Notes: generated from the sequence alone by a model not told the origin. A stretch of DNA of 64,000 bases from Bacteroidales bacterium (GCA_031265445.1 JAISCQ010000196.1:1663-65662); one strand, 5' to 3'. Positions 16,937-26,942 are shown, counted from the first letter of the stretch. Translations and numbers: made by a program.

Positions 16937-19891
16937 TTAAAAGTTTAACTGGAGTCCTAACGTATAGGTTCTTGTTTGCGGATAAATCTGGTCTTCAATC
17001 CCGTGCTCCCATCCGGTAATGTCTACTTCGGGATTATGGCCGGAATATTTGGTAAAGGTATACAGATTGTTCACCGTAAGATAAAAACGTATGTTGTCTA
17101 CCACCTTTAAATACTCTTTGGTAGGCAGGGTGTAATTCAGATTGACGTTTTGTATTTTCAGGTACGTCCCGTCTTCTAAGAAATAGCTGCTGACGGGCGC
17201 ATGCGAGGCCACTCTGATGTCGCCGTTTTTGGTAAATGCGCTCCTCAGCTTGTTGGCCTGACCCGTGCCGCCCACAGGCGGGGCAAAGCCGTTGTACATC
17301 TCCACAGTATTGAGGATGTCATAATTGATCCAGCTGGTGAGCGTCATATAGAGCTGCCATCTCTTGTAACTCAGGTTGTGCGACCATCCGCAGATCAGCG
17401 TCGGGGTGTAATTGCCTATGTAGGCCTTGTCATCCTCCTTGACTCCTCCTGTTCTCACTGGTTCGCCGTCAACGCCCACCATCAGAAAATCCTTCTTCCC
17501 GTCGGCATTTGTTTCAAAACCGGCATGCCGGTGTATGAAAAATGAACCCACCGTACTTCCTTCCTGGAGCCAGTGCACATATCCTTCGGGATAAATGCCA
17601 CTATCATCTCTAATCTCGCTGGCGCTTACAATTTCGCCTACCTTGGTCGTATTATGGCTCATAATGATCGATGTTTCGTAGTTCCAGTCGGTGGTCCTGA
17701 CAATCCGTCCCCCGATTTCAATCTCATAGCCGCGGTTTTCGAGCGTACCGATGTTCTGATACATGGTCGTGGCTACGTTGGGCGGTTGCGGCACCGTCAC
17801 GTTATAAATCAGTCCTTCGATATTGCGGCGGTAAAAGTCGATTTTACCAAAAAAGCGGTTATCCAACAGCGAGTACTCCAAACCGATATTCCACTCGTGT
17901 TTTTCTTCCCATCCCAGATCGGGGTTGATGTTTTTACCACTCCCGTATGCCGGCTCCCACTTGCCCGAGGGCATGATCCAGCGCTGGTCGGCTGCATACA
18001 TGACCGCCGCGTAACTGGCGTCAAATCCTTCGTTTCCGGTTTCCCCGTATCCTGCGCGCAGCTTGAGTTCATTCACCCACGGCAGGCTTTTCATAAACTG
18101 TTCTTCGGAAAGACGCCAGCCTCCCGACAAGGACCAGAAGATACCGTACTGTTTATTGGCGGCAAACTTGGAAGAGCCTTCACGGCGAATCGAAGTCATG
18201 ACCATGTATTTTTCCTGCCAGCTGTAGTTCAGGCGGGCAAGCTGCGCCACCAGCTTCTCGGTAATTTTTCTATTCGATTCCATTTCCGCGTCGCCTTCTT
18301 TCAGCCAGGTGCCGGTACCGATGTCCCAGATATTCGTGTCAACGGAAAAATCCCTGTTGACCATTTTAAACCTGTACGAATTCTTTTCGAAATAACTGTA
18401 GCCTCCCATTACATTAATGCTATGGTCGCCAAATGAACGGACATACGATACATAAGCGTCGCTGTTGAGTAAATCCGTATTCTCGGTTTGGAATGTACCG
18501 GTACCTTTTCTTCCGGCTCTCAATTCTGCGGTAGTAAACCGCGGCTCATACTTGCGCATTTCACCCAGGCGATTTTCATAGCCGATCACTGCGTGAAGCG
18601 ATAAGCCCTTGACCGGAAGAATGTTGAGTTTCAGTTCGACATCGGGACGAAACCACTTTTCCAACAGATCATCCGTCGTCAGCGCTCTGTCGCCTATCGT
18701 ATTCGATGCATCCGACCCGGTGGTCCAGATGTTATATCCGGTCTCGCTGTTCGGATCATAAGGCGAACGGGTAGGATTCATGGCCAGAATCGTGTTGATT
18801 TCCGGCCTTGACAGATGACGGAACGCCTGACGATAATCAACGTGCGTATTCAATTCGAGCCAGCCGTCAATCAGCTTGAAATTGCCATTGATACGGCCGC
18901 CGTAATCGGTACGTTCGTCGCCTCTCAGGATCCCCCGATCGTTATTGTACATCCCGGTGACGTATATCCGCGCAGACTCGCTCCCGCCTTGAAGGGTAAT
19001 CAAATGCCTGTTCGATATCGGGCTGTCCGTAAGCGCTTCCTCCCACCAGTCTACATCCGCACCATAGTCGACCGACCTCGTGAAATATCTCCGGTATTCC
19101 TTTCTATCCAGCATTTCAGGCTTTCCGAAGGTTTGCTTGTAAGATGTTTCGGCGGTATAACTGATCCTCATTTTTCCTTCCTGCGCTTTTTTGGTGGTGA
19201 TCAAGATCACGCCGCCCGTAGCGCGCGTGCCGTAAATCGCCCCTGCCGAAGCGTCTTTCAAAATATCGATGGATTGAATGTCTTCCTGTACCACCGAACG
19301 GATATCTCCACCCGGCATGCCGTCGATGACAATCAAAGGCGCTTTGGAAGTGTTGACCGAAGCCATTCCGCGCAACTGAAACTCATTGGTTGCATTGGGA
19401 CTGTCGCTGCCCGACATGACCAGGCCGCTCACCTTACCCTTCATGGTATTGGCGATCGTTGCGCCCCCTATGCCCGCAATGAGGTCTTTCGAGGTAAGGG
19501 AGGTGATTGAGCTGGTGATTTGTTTCTTTTCGAGCGTTCCGTAACCGATCACGACCACCTCGTCCAGCGTCCGGGTATCTTCCGCCATCGTTACGTCAAT
19601 GCGGCGGCGGCCGTTTACGGGTATTTCCTGTGTTGTCATTCCTACGAATGAAAATACCAGCGTAGCGTCCTCCGGCGCCTGGATGGTGTACTCGCCCGCT
19701 GTGTTGGTAGCCGTTCCGGTAAGGGTTCCCTTCAGGAACACGTTAACGCCGCCTATCGGGCCTTCGCTGTCGACCACCGTACCCGAAACGCTGACAGTTT
19801 GCGCCCATACGCCGGCAGGAAATAATCCAAGCAAACTCAGCAGGCATATCACCGGGAAAATATTGATTTTGACTTTTTTTATTAAAAACAT
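16937..19891 (-). CDS. susC: SusC/RagA-family TonB-dependent outer-membrane transporter, with no N-terminal STN/anti-sigma signalling extension
   Basis: 984-aa ORF. After the signal peptide comes a CarboxypepD_reg-like domain (VSGTVVDSEGPIGGVNVFLKGT..GT.TN..G.Y), then the plug motif DEVVVIGYGT, and a C-terminal ...YTLGLQLNF. The symbol denotes the family only. Confidence 0.9.
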   Translation of the reverse strand: MFLIKKVKINIFPVICLLSLLGLFPAGVWAQTVSVSGTVVDSEGPIGGVNVFLKGTLTGTATNTAGEYTIQAPEDATLVFSFVGMTTQEIPVNGRRRIDVTMAEDTRTLDEVVVIGYGTLEKKQITSSITSLTSKDLIAGIGGATIANTMKGKVSGLVMSGSDSPNATNEFQLRGMASVNTSKAPLIVIDGMPGGDIRSVVQEDIQSIDILKDASAGAIYGTRATGGVILITTKKAQEGKMRISYTAETSYKQTFGKPEMLDRKEYRRYFTRSVDYGADVDWWEEALTDSPISNRHLITLQGGSESARIYVTGMYNNDRGILRGDERTDYGGRINGNFKLIDGWLELNTHVDYRQAFRHLSRPEINTILAMNPTRSPYDPNSETGYNIWTTGSDASNTIGDRALTTDDLLEKWFRPDVELKLNILPVKGLSLHAVIGYENRLGEMRKYEPRFTTAELRAGRKGTGTFQTENTDLLNSDAYVSYVRSFGDHSINVMGGYSYFEKNSYRFKMVNRDFSVDTNIWDIGTGTWLKEGDAEMESNRKITEKLVAQLARLNYSWQEKYMVMTSIRREGSSKFAANKQYGIFWSLSGGWRLSEEQFMKSLPWVNELKLRAGYGETGNEGFDASYAAVMYAADQRWIMPSGKWEPAYGSGKNINPDLGWEEKHEWNIGLEYSLLDNRFFGKIDFYRRNIEGLIYNVTVPQPPNVATTMYQNIGTLENRGYEIEIGGRIVRTTDWNYETSIIMSHNTTKVGEIVSASEIRDDSGIYPEGYVHWLQEGSTVGSFFIHRHAGFETNADGKKDFLMVGVDGEPVRTGGVKEDDKAYIGNYTPTLICGWSHNLSYKRWQLYMTLTSWINYDILNTVEMYNGFAPPVGGTGQANKLRSAFTKNGDIRVASHAPVSSYFLEDGTYLKIQNVNLNYTLPTKEYLKVVDNIRFYLTVNNLYTFTKYSGHNPEVDITGWEHGIEDQIYPQTRTYTLGLQLNF

Positions 19892-19951
19892 AAAATGATA
19901 GGTTTGTTTGATGTTTCTTACAAATAATTGACATTATGTACTGCCGATGTC

Positions 19952-19992
19952 GGTTTGACCCTGACAGGGTCATTTTGAAGTTTGACAAGACA
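19952..19992. repeat. Partial copy of the repeat family (GGTTTGACCCTGACAGGGTCATTTTGAAGTTTGACAAGACAC), located 61-101 nt upstream of the susC-like start
   Basis: Compare 12700..12729, GACCAGGGTCATTTGAAATTTGAAGACAC. Confidence 0.7.
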
Positions 19993-20140
19993 CGACGTCA
20001 TTGAACTGACAATTATCCTTACTTTTTTATAATAATCAGGCAGGTTCCTGTTAGATCCCCTGCCTGATTTTCAAGCAAATCGAAAAGATTTTCTCGAAAC
20101 GATCCGATCTCTCCGATTCGGCAGCATCAACGCCTCCGAA

Positions 20141-21034
20141 TTAGTCGGGGACGTCGGGCGTAAAGGTTATTGTTAACTCGAACGGTTCGCTTATCGGGAA
20201 CGAGCCATTGTCCACTTGGTTTTTTGTGCCGCAGGTCTCATCCGTTACTGTGTTTTCAAGCGTATGCGTGGTCCAGTAGTCGCCGGGCTTGTCCAGGTGG
20301 AAAGTGAAGTCCTGCGGCGTATCCCTCGGACATAAGGCATGGATATCTCCGTTTTCATTTTTGCCATCCGAGCCTGCATATCCTACGTGAGCGTAATAAG
20401 CGTCACTAATCGACGCGTCCGTAGCTACCGTTGGTGATGGTGAAAAATTCGGATTTTCCAGACCTCCTCCCAGATATTCAAAATAACCCGGTTCCTTGTC
20501 ACACAGGAAGGTGTGAATGTGGCTGTCGTCAAACTGTACCCTGAGCGTCCCGGGCTTGATCACTTTAAGTTTGTAATACAAAGCCGGAGTTGCATGTTGA
20601 TCCCAGAAGTAGTGGACTCCCACTGCCTCTTCGGAAAAAACACTTTTTACGTGAATCGTAAAAGCGGCTCGCAGTTTATCCTGCGTGATCTGAAACGTTT
20701 TTTTGACATCCGAGTCGTCAATCTTAACAGTAACATTTGCGGTACGTTCATCTTCCGCTTCATGACCCTCTACTATCATGGTAAATTCGCCGTTACCCGA
20801 ACCACGTATCGGGTCGAAACGAAGCCACGGCTGATCGGCTTCCACCGCCCAATAGCCCTCAGTCGTCACAGTAACCTTCCTGGATCCTCCGGAAAACTGG
20901 AACAGTTCCGTCGACTCCTGCGCCACGTCCAGAGTATAGGCCGGTCCAGAATTGTCGTCTCCGCCGCACGAGTTAAAGGCGAAACCAACAGCCAGCGCCA
21001 ATAGCGCTACATAAACTTTTCTAAAATAATTCAT
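20141..21034 (-). CDS. Lipoprotein with an N-terminal BACON domain and a C-terminal domain of unknown function
   Basis: 297-aa ORF with lipobox FAFNSCG. The BACON-like segment is FSGGSRKVTVTTEGYWAVEADQPWLRFDPIRGSGNGEFTMIVEGHEAEDERTANVTVK. Confidence 0.7.
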   Translation of the reverse strand: MNYFRKVYVALLALAVGFAFNSCGGDDNSGPAYTLDVAQESTELFQFSGGSRKVTVTTEGYWAVEADQPWLRFDPIRGSGNGEFTMIVEGHEAEDERTANVTVKIDDSDVKKTFQITQDKLRAAFTIHVKSVFSEEAVGVHYFWDQHATPALYYKLKVIKPGTLRVQFDDSHIHTFLCDKEPGYFEYLGGGLENPNFSPSPTVATDASISDAYYAHVGYAGSDGKNENGDIHALCPRDTPQDFTFHLDKPGDYWTTHTLENTVTDETCGTKNQVDNGSFPISEPFELTITFTPDVPD

Positions 21035-21265
21035 TTTCTTTTGTTTTTAATGATGAATAATTGATGAATAATTGATAATTAAAATTTAAAATTGATATAT
21101 CTGTAATGGTCATTACATTCACACTTCGGTTTTGGTTTGGTTATGGTTTTTTGGTACATTTACCACGGTCAGGTGATCGTGAATTTTGGTTTATCTTTTG
21201 CTGACAAAAGCATTCGCAGCCCTGCCGACAATCTTGAACCGACAGGGCGGAATACTTAGCTTACA

Positions 21266-23341
21266 CTATTGTTTTTTACATGCATTTCCTTTAGGTGGCC
21301 ACAGTCTCTGCCAGAAACTGTCGTAATCGTAATGAGCGTTGGGGTCCTTTAGCTGTCCCGTCTCAGAACAGTACTGGCTCCAGTAGAATTTCCTGTCATC
21401 GGCACCCAACATCCGGCAATCCTGACGCGTGCGGTTCCTGTCGAATTCCTTGAATGCCTCAAGACTGCGTTCCGGCGGTATCGATACGATCTCCCTCTCC
21501 TTCGTCACAGGGTCTTTCACCCGATCAATGATTTTGTACCCGGCGCGTTCGAGAATCTTATTGTATATCTGCATCCTCGATCCGAGATCGAAGCAGAGAT
21601 AATGCTCGCGCATGGTAGTTACCGGAGACGGGCCATAAAGGCCATTACAGAACATTCCTCCCCATGTGGTAGCATAAACATCAATGTTATCATTTCCGTA
21701 CCAAGGCGCTCCATCGTATTCGCCGCTATATCCGGGCGCTCCTATGAACTCTTTCCATACTACCTGATCAGGATCGTTTCTCCAGTCGATAAACCAGTTG
21801 TATCCATGCGGATGCTCCTTGGCAATCGACCATGTAATCCCTCCGTCCCCATCCCATCCCGTCGCCGGCATGGTTCCGTCGCCTAAAGTCGGCAAACCAC
21901 AGTCCGCCCGGTACATGTCGGGCAGATCGGACAGCACGTGCCCCACGAATTCGTGTATGGCCCAATATCCATAACCGTCTTCCCATATTCCCCCGCGCGC
22001 CATCGGGTTGGTGGCATTACCCGCATAGGGGCCGTTGGCAAGGAAGGCTATGCGGAGAATCTGATTCTGTGCTGTAACCTGTTGGTCTGTAACTCCCTGT
22101 GTACCGTTGACGGCCCTTCTGGCAGCCTCCTCGCACGCGCTCTGGTTTTCATCGGCGCCATAAGCCCCGAACTTCGTCCGGTTTCGCGGATAATCGGGAT
22201 AAAGGACGCCGCGTTCCGGCGATTCGTTCATCATGAGGTAAACGTCGAGATAGTCCCACATATCGACCACAACTTCCGTATGCATGATCTCGTACACCAG
22301 TTTTCCGCCCATGGTTTCCCACCAGCCGCCTTTTTTCAGGTCTTCACGGTCGTAACCGTCGCCCATTACCACGATGGGAACCCCCAATCCTATGGTATGC
22401 CGGTTGACCACAAGAAGATCCTCGTCCTCCCAATAGTTGCCGACCCAGCCTTGAATAATCGGCACTTCCAGCCTCCGGTTTCCGTCGGCGGTAAAGATGA
22501 TTTTTCCCTTACGCTCGGCTCCGGTGTTGTTTTCAGATTTCGAATACACCTTTATCAGGAGGGAACCCTCTCCGGTGGTCCGGTCCGTCTCGAAGTCGCC
22601 TTCTACCGTCGCCGTCCATGGTACGGAAGAGGTGAAACGGAAGAAGCGGTAGTGGTCAGTGCCGTCACTGCCTTTGTCCGAAAGGAAAATCGTATCGGAA
22701 CTGCCGAAGAAGCGATCATTGGCTTTCTTCTGCTTAACCGTACAAACAACTTCGCGCGTGTCCGTTTTAAGGACGAGTTCGCCGACACGTTCTCCCTGAG
22801 TAGGATTCATCTGTGTCGAAACGGTGAGTAGGACGGGCTTACTGGAAGCCAATCCTCTTGTCGGAGCCACCGTCAACCAGTCCGGCTTTGATTCTAACTT
22901 CCAGTCTACATCGGATGTGACCATGACTACGGCGGTGGCCGCCGGCATGATCGCGTCTTCCAGTTCTACTTCCATCGTGGAAAGCGTCAGTTTTACTGTT
23001 TTCGATTGAGAAACAGTAATCTTTTCTTTCAGGTTACCGGCGCGCACTTCTATGATGCCTTCCCGCGCTTTGCCATCGTTATTTACAGGCACCGTTATCG
23101 TTACCGTAACGGTGGAGCCTCCGTCTCCGCTCTCGGGAGATACCTGTAACCAGGTTTGGTTGGGGAGAATCTCCCATGCAACGTTGCTACTGACATCGAA
23201 AGTGGCAGTTGCAGCAAGATCGGACTCAAAGGCAATTGCAGCCCGATTCAGTTTCAGACTCGGCTCTATCTCGTCCTCCTTACATGACGCCAGACATAAG
23301 CCCGCTACCATGATAAAAATGATGAATTTTAATTTTGCCAT
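21266..23341 (-). CDS. Surface lipoprotein with three BACON domains and an enlarged C-terminal M64-like domain, paralog 3 (diverged)
   Basis: 691-aa ORF with lipobox LCLASC. BACON repeats are present, followed by IVVMGDGYDRED and YWAIHEFVGHVLSDLPDMY. Confidence 0.8.
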   Translation of the reverse strand: MAKLKFIIFIMVAGLCLASCKEDEIEPSLKLNRAAIAFESDLAATATFDVSSNVAWEILPNQTWLQVSPESGDGGSTVTVTITVPVNNDGKAREGIIEVRAGNLKEKITVSQSKTVKLTLSTMEVELEDAIMPAATAVVMVTSDVDWKLESKPDWLTVAPTRGLASSKPVLLTVSTQMNPTQGERVGELVLKTDTREVVCTVKQKKANDRFFGSSDTIFLSDKGSDGTDHYRFFRFTSSVPWTATVEGDFETDRTTGEGSLLIKVYSKSENNTGAERKGKIIFTADGNRRLEVPIIQGWVGNYWEDEDLLVVNRHTIGLGVPIVVMGDGYDREDLKKGGWWETMGGKLVYEIMHTEVVVDMWDYLDVYLMMNESPERGVLYPDYPRNRTKFGAYGADENQSACEEAARRAVNGTQGVTDQQVTAQNQILRIAFLANGPYAGNATNPMARGGIWEDGYGYWAIHEFVGHVLSDLPDMYRADCGLPTLGDGTMPATGWDGDGGITWSIAKEHPHGYNWFIDWRNDPDQVVWKEFIGAPGYSGEYDGAPWYGNDNIDVYATTWGGMFCNGLYGPSPVTTMREHYLCFDLGSRMQIYNKILERAGYKIIDRVKDPVTKEREIVSIPPERSLEAFKEFDRNRTRQDCRMLGADDRKFYWSQYCSETGQLKDPNAHYDYDSFWQRLWPPKGNACKKQ

Positions 23342-23595
23342 AAAATACTTAATTTAATTGTTTAATTATTTGGTCTAATTGTTTAATTATTTGGTTTGTC
23401 ACTTTGGTTTCGTTTGTGTCAAAGATTTCCTAAAACGATTTAGTAAAATTATCCAAGGCCGGCGCCAAACGACCGTATTTTACAATCGGATGATATATAC
23501 CTACATATAACGTCTGCTCTCGTTATACGTATCGGTAATACACAAAAATGCCATACCCACATATTGTGGATATGACATTTTTTATATGGGAATGA

Positions 23596-23649
<54 letters not shown>

Positions 23650-24325
23650 AAATCGTGCCGTTCGTTGATTCACAGAACATTACATGCAAGTGATTTTTCG
23701 AAGATTGCCCGAAGATTGCCACAAATTTTCCCAGTAAATCCGCCCTGCTTTTCAGCAGCAAGCCGGCGGCAATCATTCCTCCTTCCTGGGAAGAAAACAG
23801 ATAACAATCGTCGTATTTACAATTTTGGGAAAAAGAGATCATTTATATAATTTTTATTAACTGTCAATTGATTACCCCAAAAACCTTTCGATTGTTTGTA
23901 GAATACCCTCCATTATATTTATGGAGTATCCTCTATCAACCCATCCGAATCCTAATTCTTGAGGATTTACCAAGTTTCATTCTGTCATCAAGATGCTCAA
24001 CACATTCGGTTCTATTTTTCGTATCAATCGATTTGCTAAATCGTTTTAGCAAATTTACTACACACTCAATAACAAAAACAAATCACGATGCAAAGATAGA
24101 TAAAAAAAATCGAATTCCAAAAAAAAATCGAAAAAAAATGATTTTTTTTTGAACTTTTTTTCGGAACGATGTTTTGTAAATATGTCAACATTTTCATAAC
24201 AAGATACATACGTGAAATCCGTGGAGCAGATTTGTCAACGAATCATATTGATTTGACGGCTCATTTTTTGAAGCGTTCCGGAAAAAGATTACTTTTGCGA
24301 GGTAACCATTAAAAAACAGGAAGTC

Positions 24326-25201
24326 ATGGAACAGCGGCAAACAGGTGAACGGGTACTGATCTCTTTTGATTACGCTTTAAAGCGCTTATTGCGCAACAAA
24401 GCCAACTATGGTGTTCTGGAAGGTTTTTTGAGCGAACTGCTTTCGAAAAACGTTTCGGTAAAGAGTATCGGGGAAAGCGAAAGCAATAAGGAAAGTCCGG
24501 AAGACCGGCACAACCGGGTAGATATTCTGGTGGAAGACGAATCCGGCGAGATATTGCTGATCGAATTGCAGTTTACACAGCAGATAGATTTTTTGCAGCG
24601 GATGCTTTACGGAGCAAGCAAGGCGATCACCGAGCGCATGGTTCGGGGAGATGATTACCTGAAAGTACGGAAAGTCTATTCGATCAACATCGTCTATTTC
24701 GACCTTGGACAGGGCGACGATTATGTATATCACGGCAAGACGCATTTCATGGGCCTTCACAAAAACGACGAACTCCGTCTCTCCGGCGCCCAGCGCGAAG
24801 CTTTCGGAAAGGAAACGGCCGGCGAGGTCTATCCCGAATATTATATTTTGAAAATTAACAGCTTTGACGACGTCGCAAAGGATACGCTCGACGAATGGGT
24901 CTATTTTTTCAAGCATAACATCATCAGGGATGAATTTAAAGCCAAAGGGATGGACAGGGCGCGCGAGGCGCTTGTTCGAGACAATCTCACTCCGGAAGAA
25001 CAGAAATACTACGACTATCTTTTGCGTATTCGCAGTGATAATTTGAGTTACTTTGCTTCGGCAAAAGCTGTAGGCAGAGAAGAAGGCCGAGCGGAACGCG
25101 AAAAACTTGCGGCAGAACTCGAAAAAGAACGCAACGAGCGGGAAAAAGAACGGGCCGCTCTTCTTGCCGAAATTGCGCGATTAAAGCAAAATGGAGCGTA
25201 A
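24326..25201 (+). CDS. PD-(D/E)XK nuclease family protein, Rpn/YhgA-like (annotated elsewhere as putative transposase or invertase)
   Basis: 291-aa ORF. The N-terminus has ISFDYALKRLLRNKAN and the motif RVDILVEDESGEILLIELQ (D...E.Q core). The C-terminus is a charged coiled coil (EREKLAAELEKERNEREKERAALLAEIARLK). Confidence 0.7.
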   Translation: MEQRQTGERVLISFDYALKRLLRNKANYGVLEGFLSELLSKNVSVKSIGESESNKESPEDRHNRVDILVEDESGEILLIELQFTQQIDFLQRMLYGASKAITERMVRGDDYLKVRKVYSINIVYFDLGQGDDYVYHGKTHFMGLHKNDELRLSGAQREAFGKETAGEVYPEYYILKINSFDDVAKDTLDEWVYFFKHNIIRDEFKAKGMDRAREALVRDNLTPEEQKYYDYLLRIRSDNLSYFASAKAVGREEGRAEREKLAAELEKERNEREKERAALLAEIARLKQNGA

Positions 25202-25536
25202 GTGGCCGGTGGATGGATAATGATGTGGACACACCGGCACGATGTTCCAATGAAATTCGGTTGATGCAATAAATAATCATTTCTAATGAACTTGTTTTTA
25301 CGAAAAACAGGTTGTAATAAAATGATATACTGTTGCTTTCGATGATTTTTTTGCATAAAGTTCAAATGAAATTCGGTTGATATAATATAATATGTGTTTC
25401 TAATGAACTTGTACTGGATAAAAAGTGTATTTTTGCAGATCCAAATTAGATTAGATAAAAGGTGTTGTTTTTTGTTCGCAATCACAAAAGTAGCATCAAT
25501 GAAGTGGTTCATGTGTAAACAAATAATAACGGGTTC

Positions 25537-26583
25537 ATGACAAAGGAAAAATTAATAGCATTGCTCTGTGACCCAGATCAAACGGGTCAGGCGGTCGACG
25601 AGTTGAATCGTCTGATTGAAGAAAATCCGTATTTCCATACCGGACATCAGCTCTACCTGAAGGGACTACAGCAGACCGACAAGGACAAAATGGCGCTCCA
25701 GGTGGGGAAAACCGCATTAAACGTGCGTGACCGTGTAGTGTTGTACAATTATCTCAACCATCCCGAGCCATTCCGTCGGCGATCACTGCCAAACGATAAG
25801 CCGGCCGATGTTTCGGCGCCATTTATACCGGACAGTTCTTTTGTTTTGCCCGAAGTCGATATACACAACATCCAACCCGACCAGCCGTCTTCGCCGGAGA
25901 TACATTCGTTAACCGGGGATGAAGGATGGCACAGCACGGAGGAAGACAACATCCTCGAAAAAAAGAACATGAGCGACGACCAGTTGATGGACGTGATTCG
26001 TCGTCGGTTGGAGCAGATTGTACCTCAAGCGGAAGAAAACAGTCAGTCCAGCGCGCTTTCCGATGATCCCCGCGTACCCGTCGATACTGCGGCTAACGTA
26101 ACAACAGGTGATGCCGCCAGCACAGCCGAGCCGGTTGCAGAGGCAGGCGATACTGTTAATACCGGGTTGACCGTCGGGGAAAATGCAAATGTAATAACCC
26201 GGGATGAGTATTCCGAAGACCTGATGGGAATCAAGCCCGGCACAGCCGATGTGACCGAAACACCTCCACAAGATACGGTTTCGCCGGAAGAGACGCAGGG
26301 TGATGTTGCAGTAGTTGAGGAAAAGAATGCATCAACATCCGGCGACCTGATTGATTCTTTCCTGAAATCCAATCCCAAAATCATTCCAAGCGATAGCAGC
26401 TACGAACCGGACCTGTCGGAAGGCCTGCGGGAAAACCCGGATATTGCCACCGAAACCCTGGCCGACATATATGCCGTGCAAGGACATAAGGACAAGGCCA
26501 TTGAAATTTATGAACATTTAATTTTGAAATATCCGAAAAAACATATTTACTTTGCAGCCCAAATTGATCGATTAAAAGAATAA
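25537..26583 (+). CDS. Hypothetical protein with an acidic low-complexity centre and a C-terminal TPR-like motif
   Basis: 348-aa ORF with coding-like composition. C-terminus ADIYAVQGHKDKAIEIYEHLILKYPKK. It sits directly upstream of secG. Confidence 0.6.
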   Translation: MTKEKLIALLCDPDQTGQAVDELNRLIEENPYFHTGHQLYLKGLQQTDKDKMALQVGKTALNVRDRVVLYNYLNHPEPFRRRSLPNDKPADVSAPFIPDSSFVLPEVDIHNIQPDQPSSPEIHSLTGDEGWHSTEEDNILEKKNMSDDQLMDVIRRRLEQIVPQAEENSQSSALSDDPRVPVDTAANVTTGDAASTAEPVAEAGDTVNTGLTVGENANVITRDEYSEDLMGIKPGTADVTETPPQDTVSPEETQGDVAVVEEKNASTSGDLIDSFLKSNPKIIPSDSSYEPDLSEGLRENPDIATETLADIYAVQGHKDKAIEIYEHLILKYPKKHIYFAAQIDRLKE

Positions 26584-26594
26584 TATAAAATTTC

Positions 26595-26942
26595 ATGTAT
26601 ACGTTAATATCCATACTCATAGTTGCTGTTTGCGTGTTTTTAACGCTGATTGTGCTGGTACAAAATTCCAAAGGCGGTGGTTTGGCTGCTAATTTTTCAG
26701 CTTCCAACCAGATCATGGGCGTACGCAAAACAGCCGATTTCCTCGAAAAAGCAACATGGACGCTGGCCGGTTCGCTTGTGGTACTGTGCATGCTTGCCGC
26801 ATTCATTCTCCCTTCGTCCGAGGCAACCGAAGGCAAATCCATCGTGGATTCGAAAATTGAAGATCTCGCAGATCCTGCTACCGTGCCGTCGTTCCCGATA
26901 ACGGTACCGACAACGCCTCCTGCAGAAGATCCCTCCGAGTAG
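26595..26942 (+). CDS. secG: Preprotein translocase subunit SecG
   Basis: 115 aa with two TM segments and the motif LIVLVQNSKGGGLAANF, typical of SecG. Confidence 0.8.
   Translation: MYTLISILIVAVCVFLTLIVLVQNSKGGGLAANFSASNQIMGVRKTADFLEKATWTLAGSLVVLCMLAAFILPSSEATEGKSIVDSKIEDLADPATVPSFPITVPTTPPAEDPSE

Noticed and set aside
24326-25201. An active transposon or IS element around the Rpn-like PD-(D/E)XK gene
   Set aside because: No terminal inverted repeats flank the gene itself and there are no target duplications. This family is usually a stand-alone chromosomal gene.
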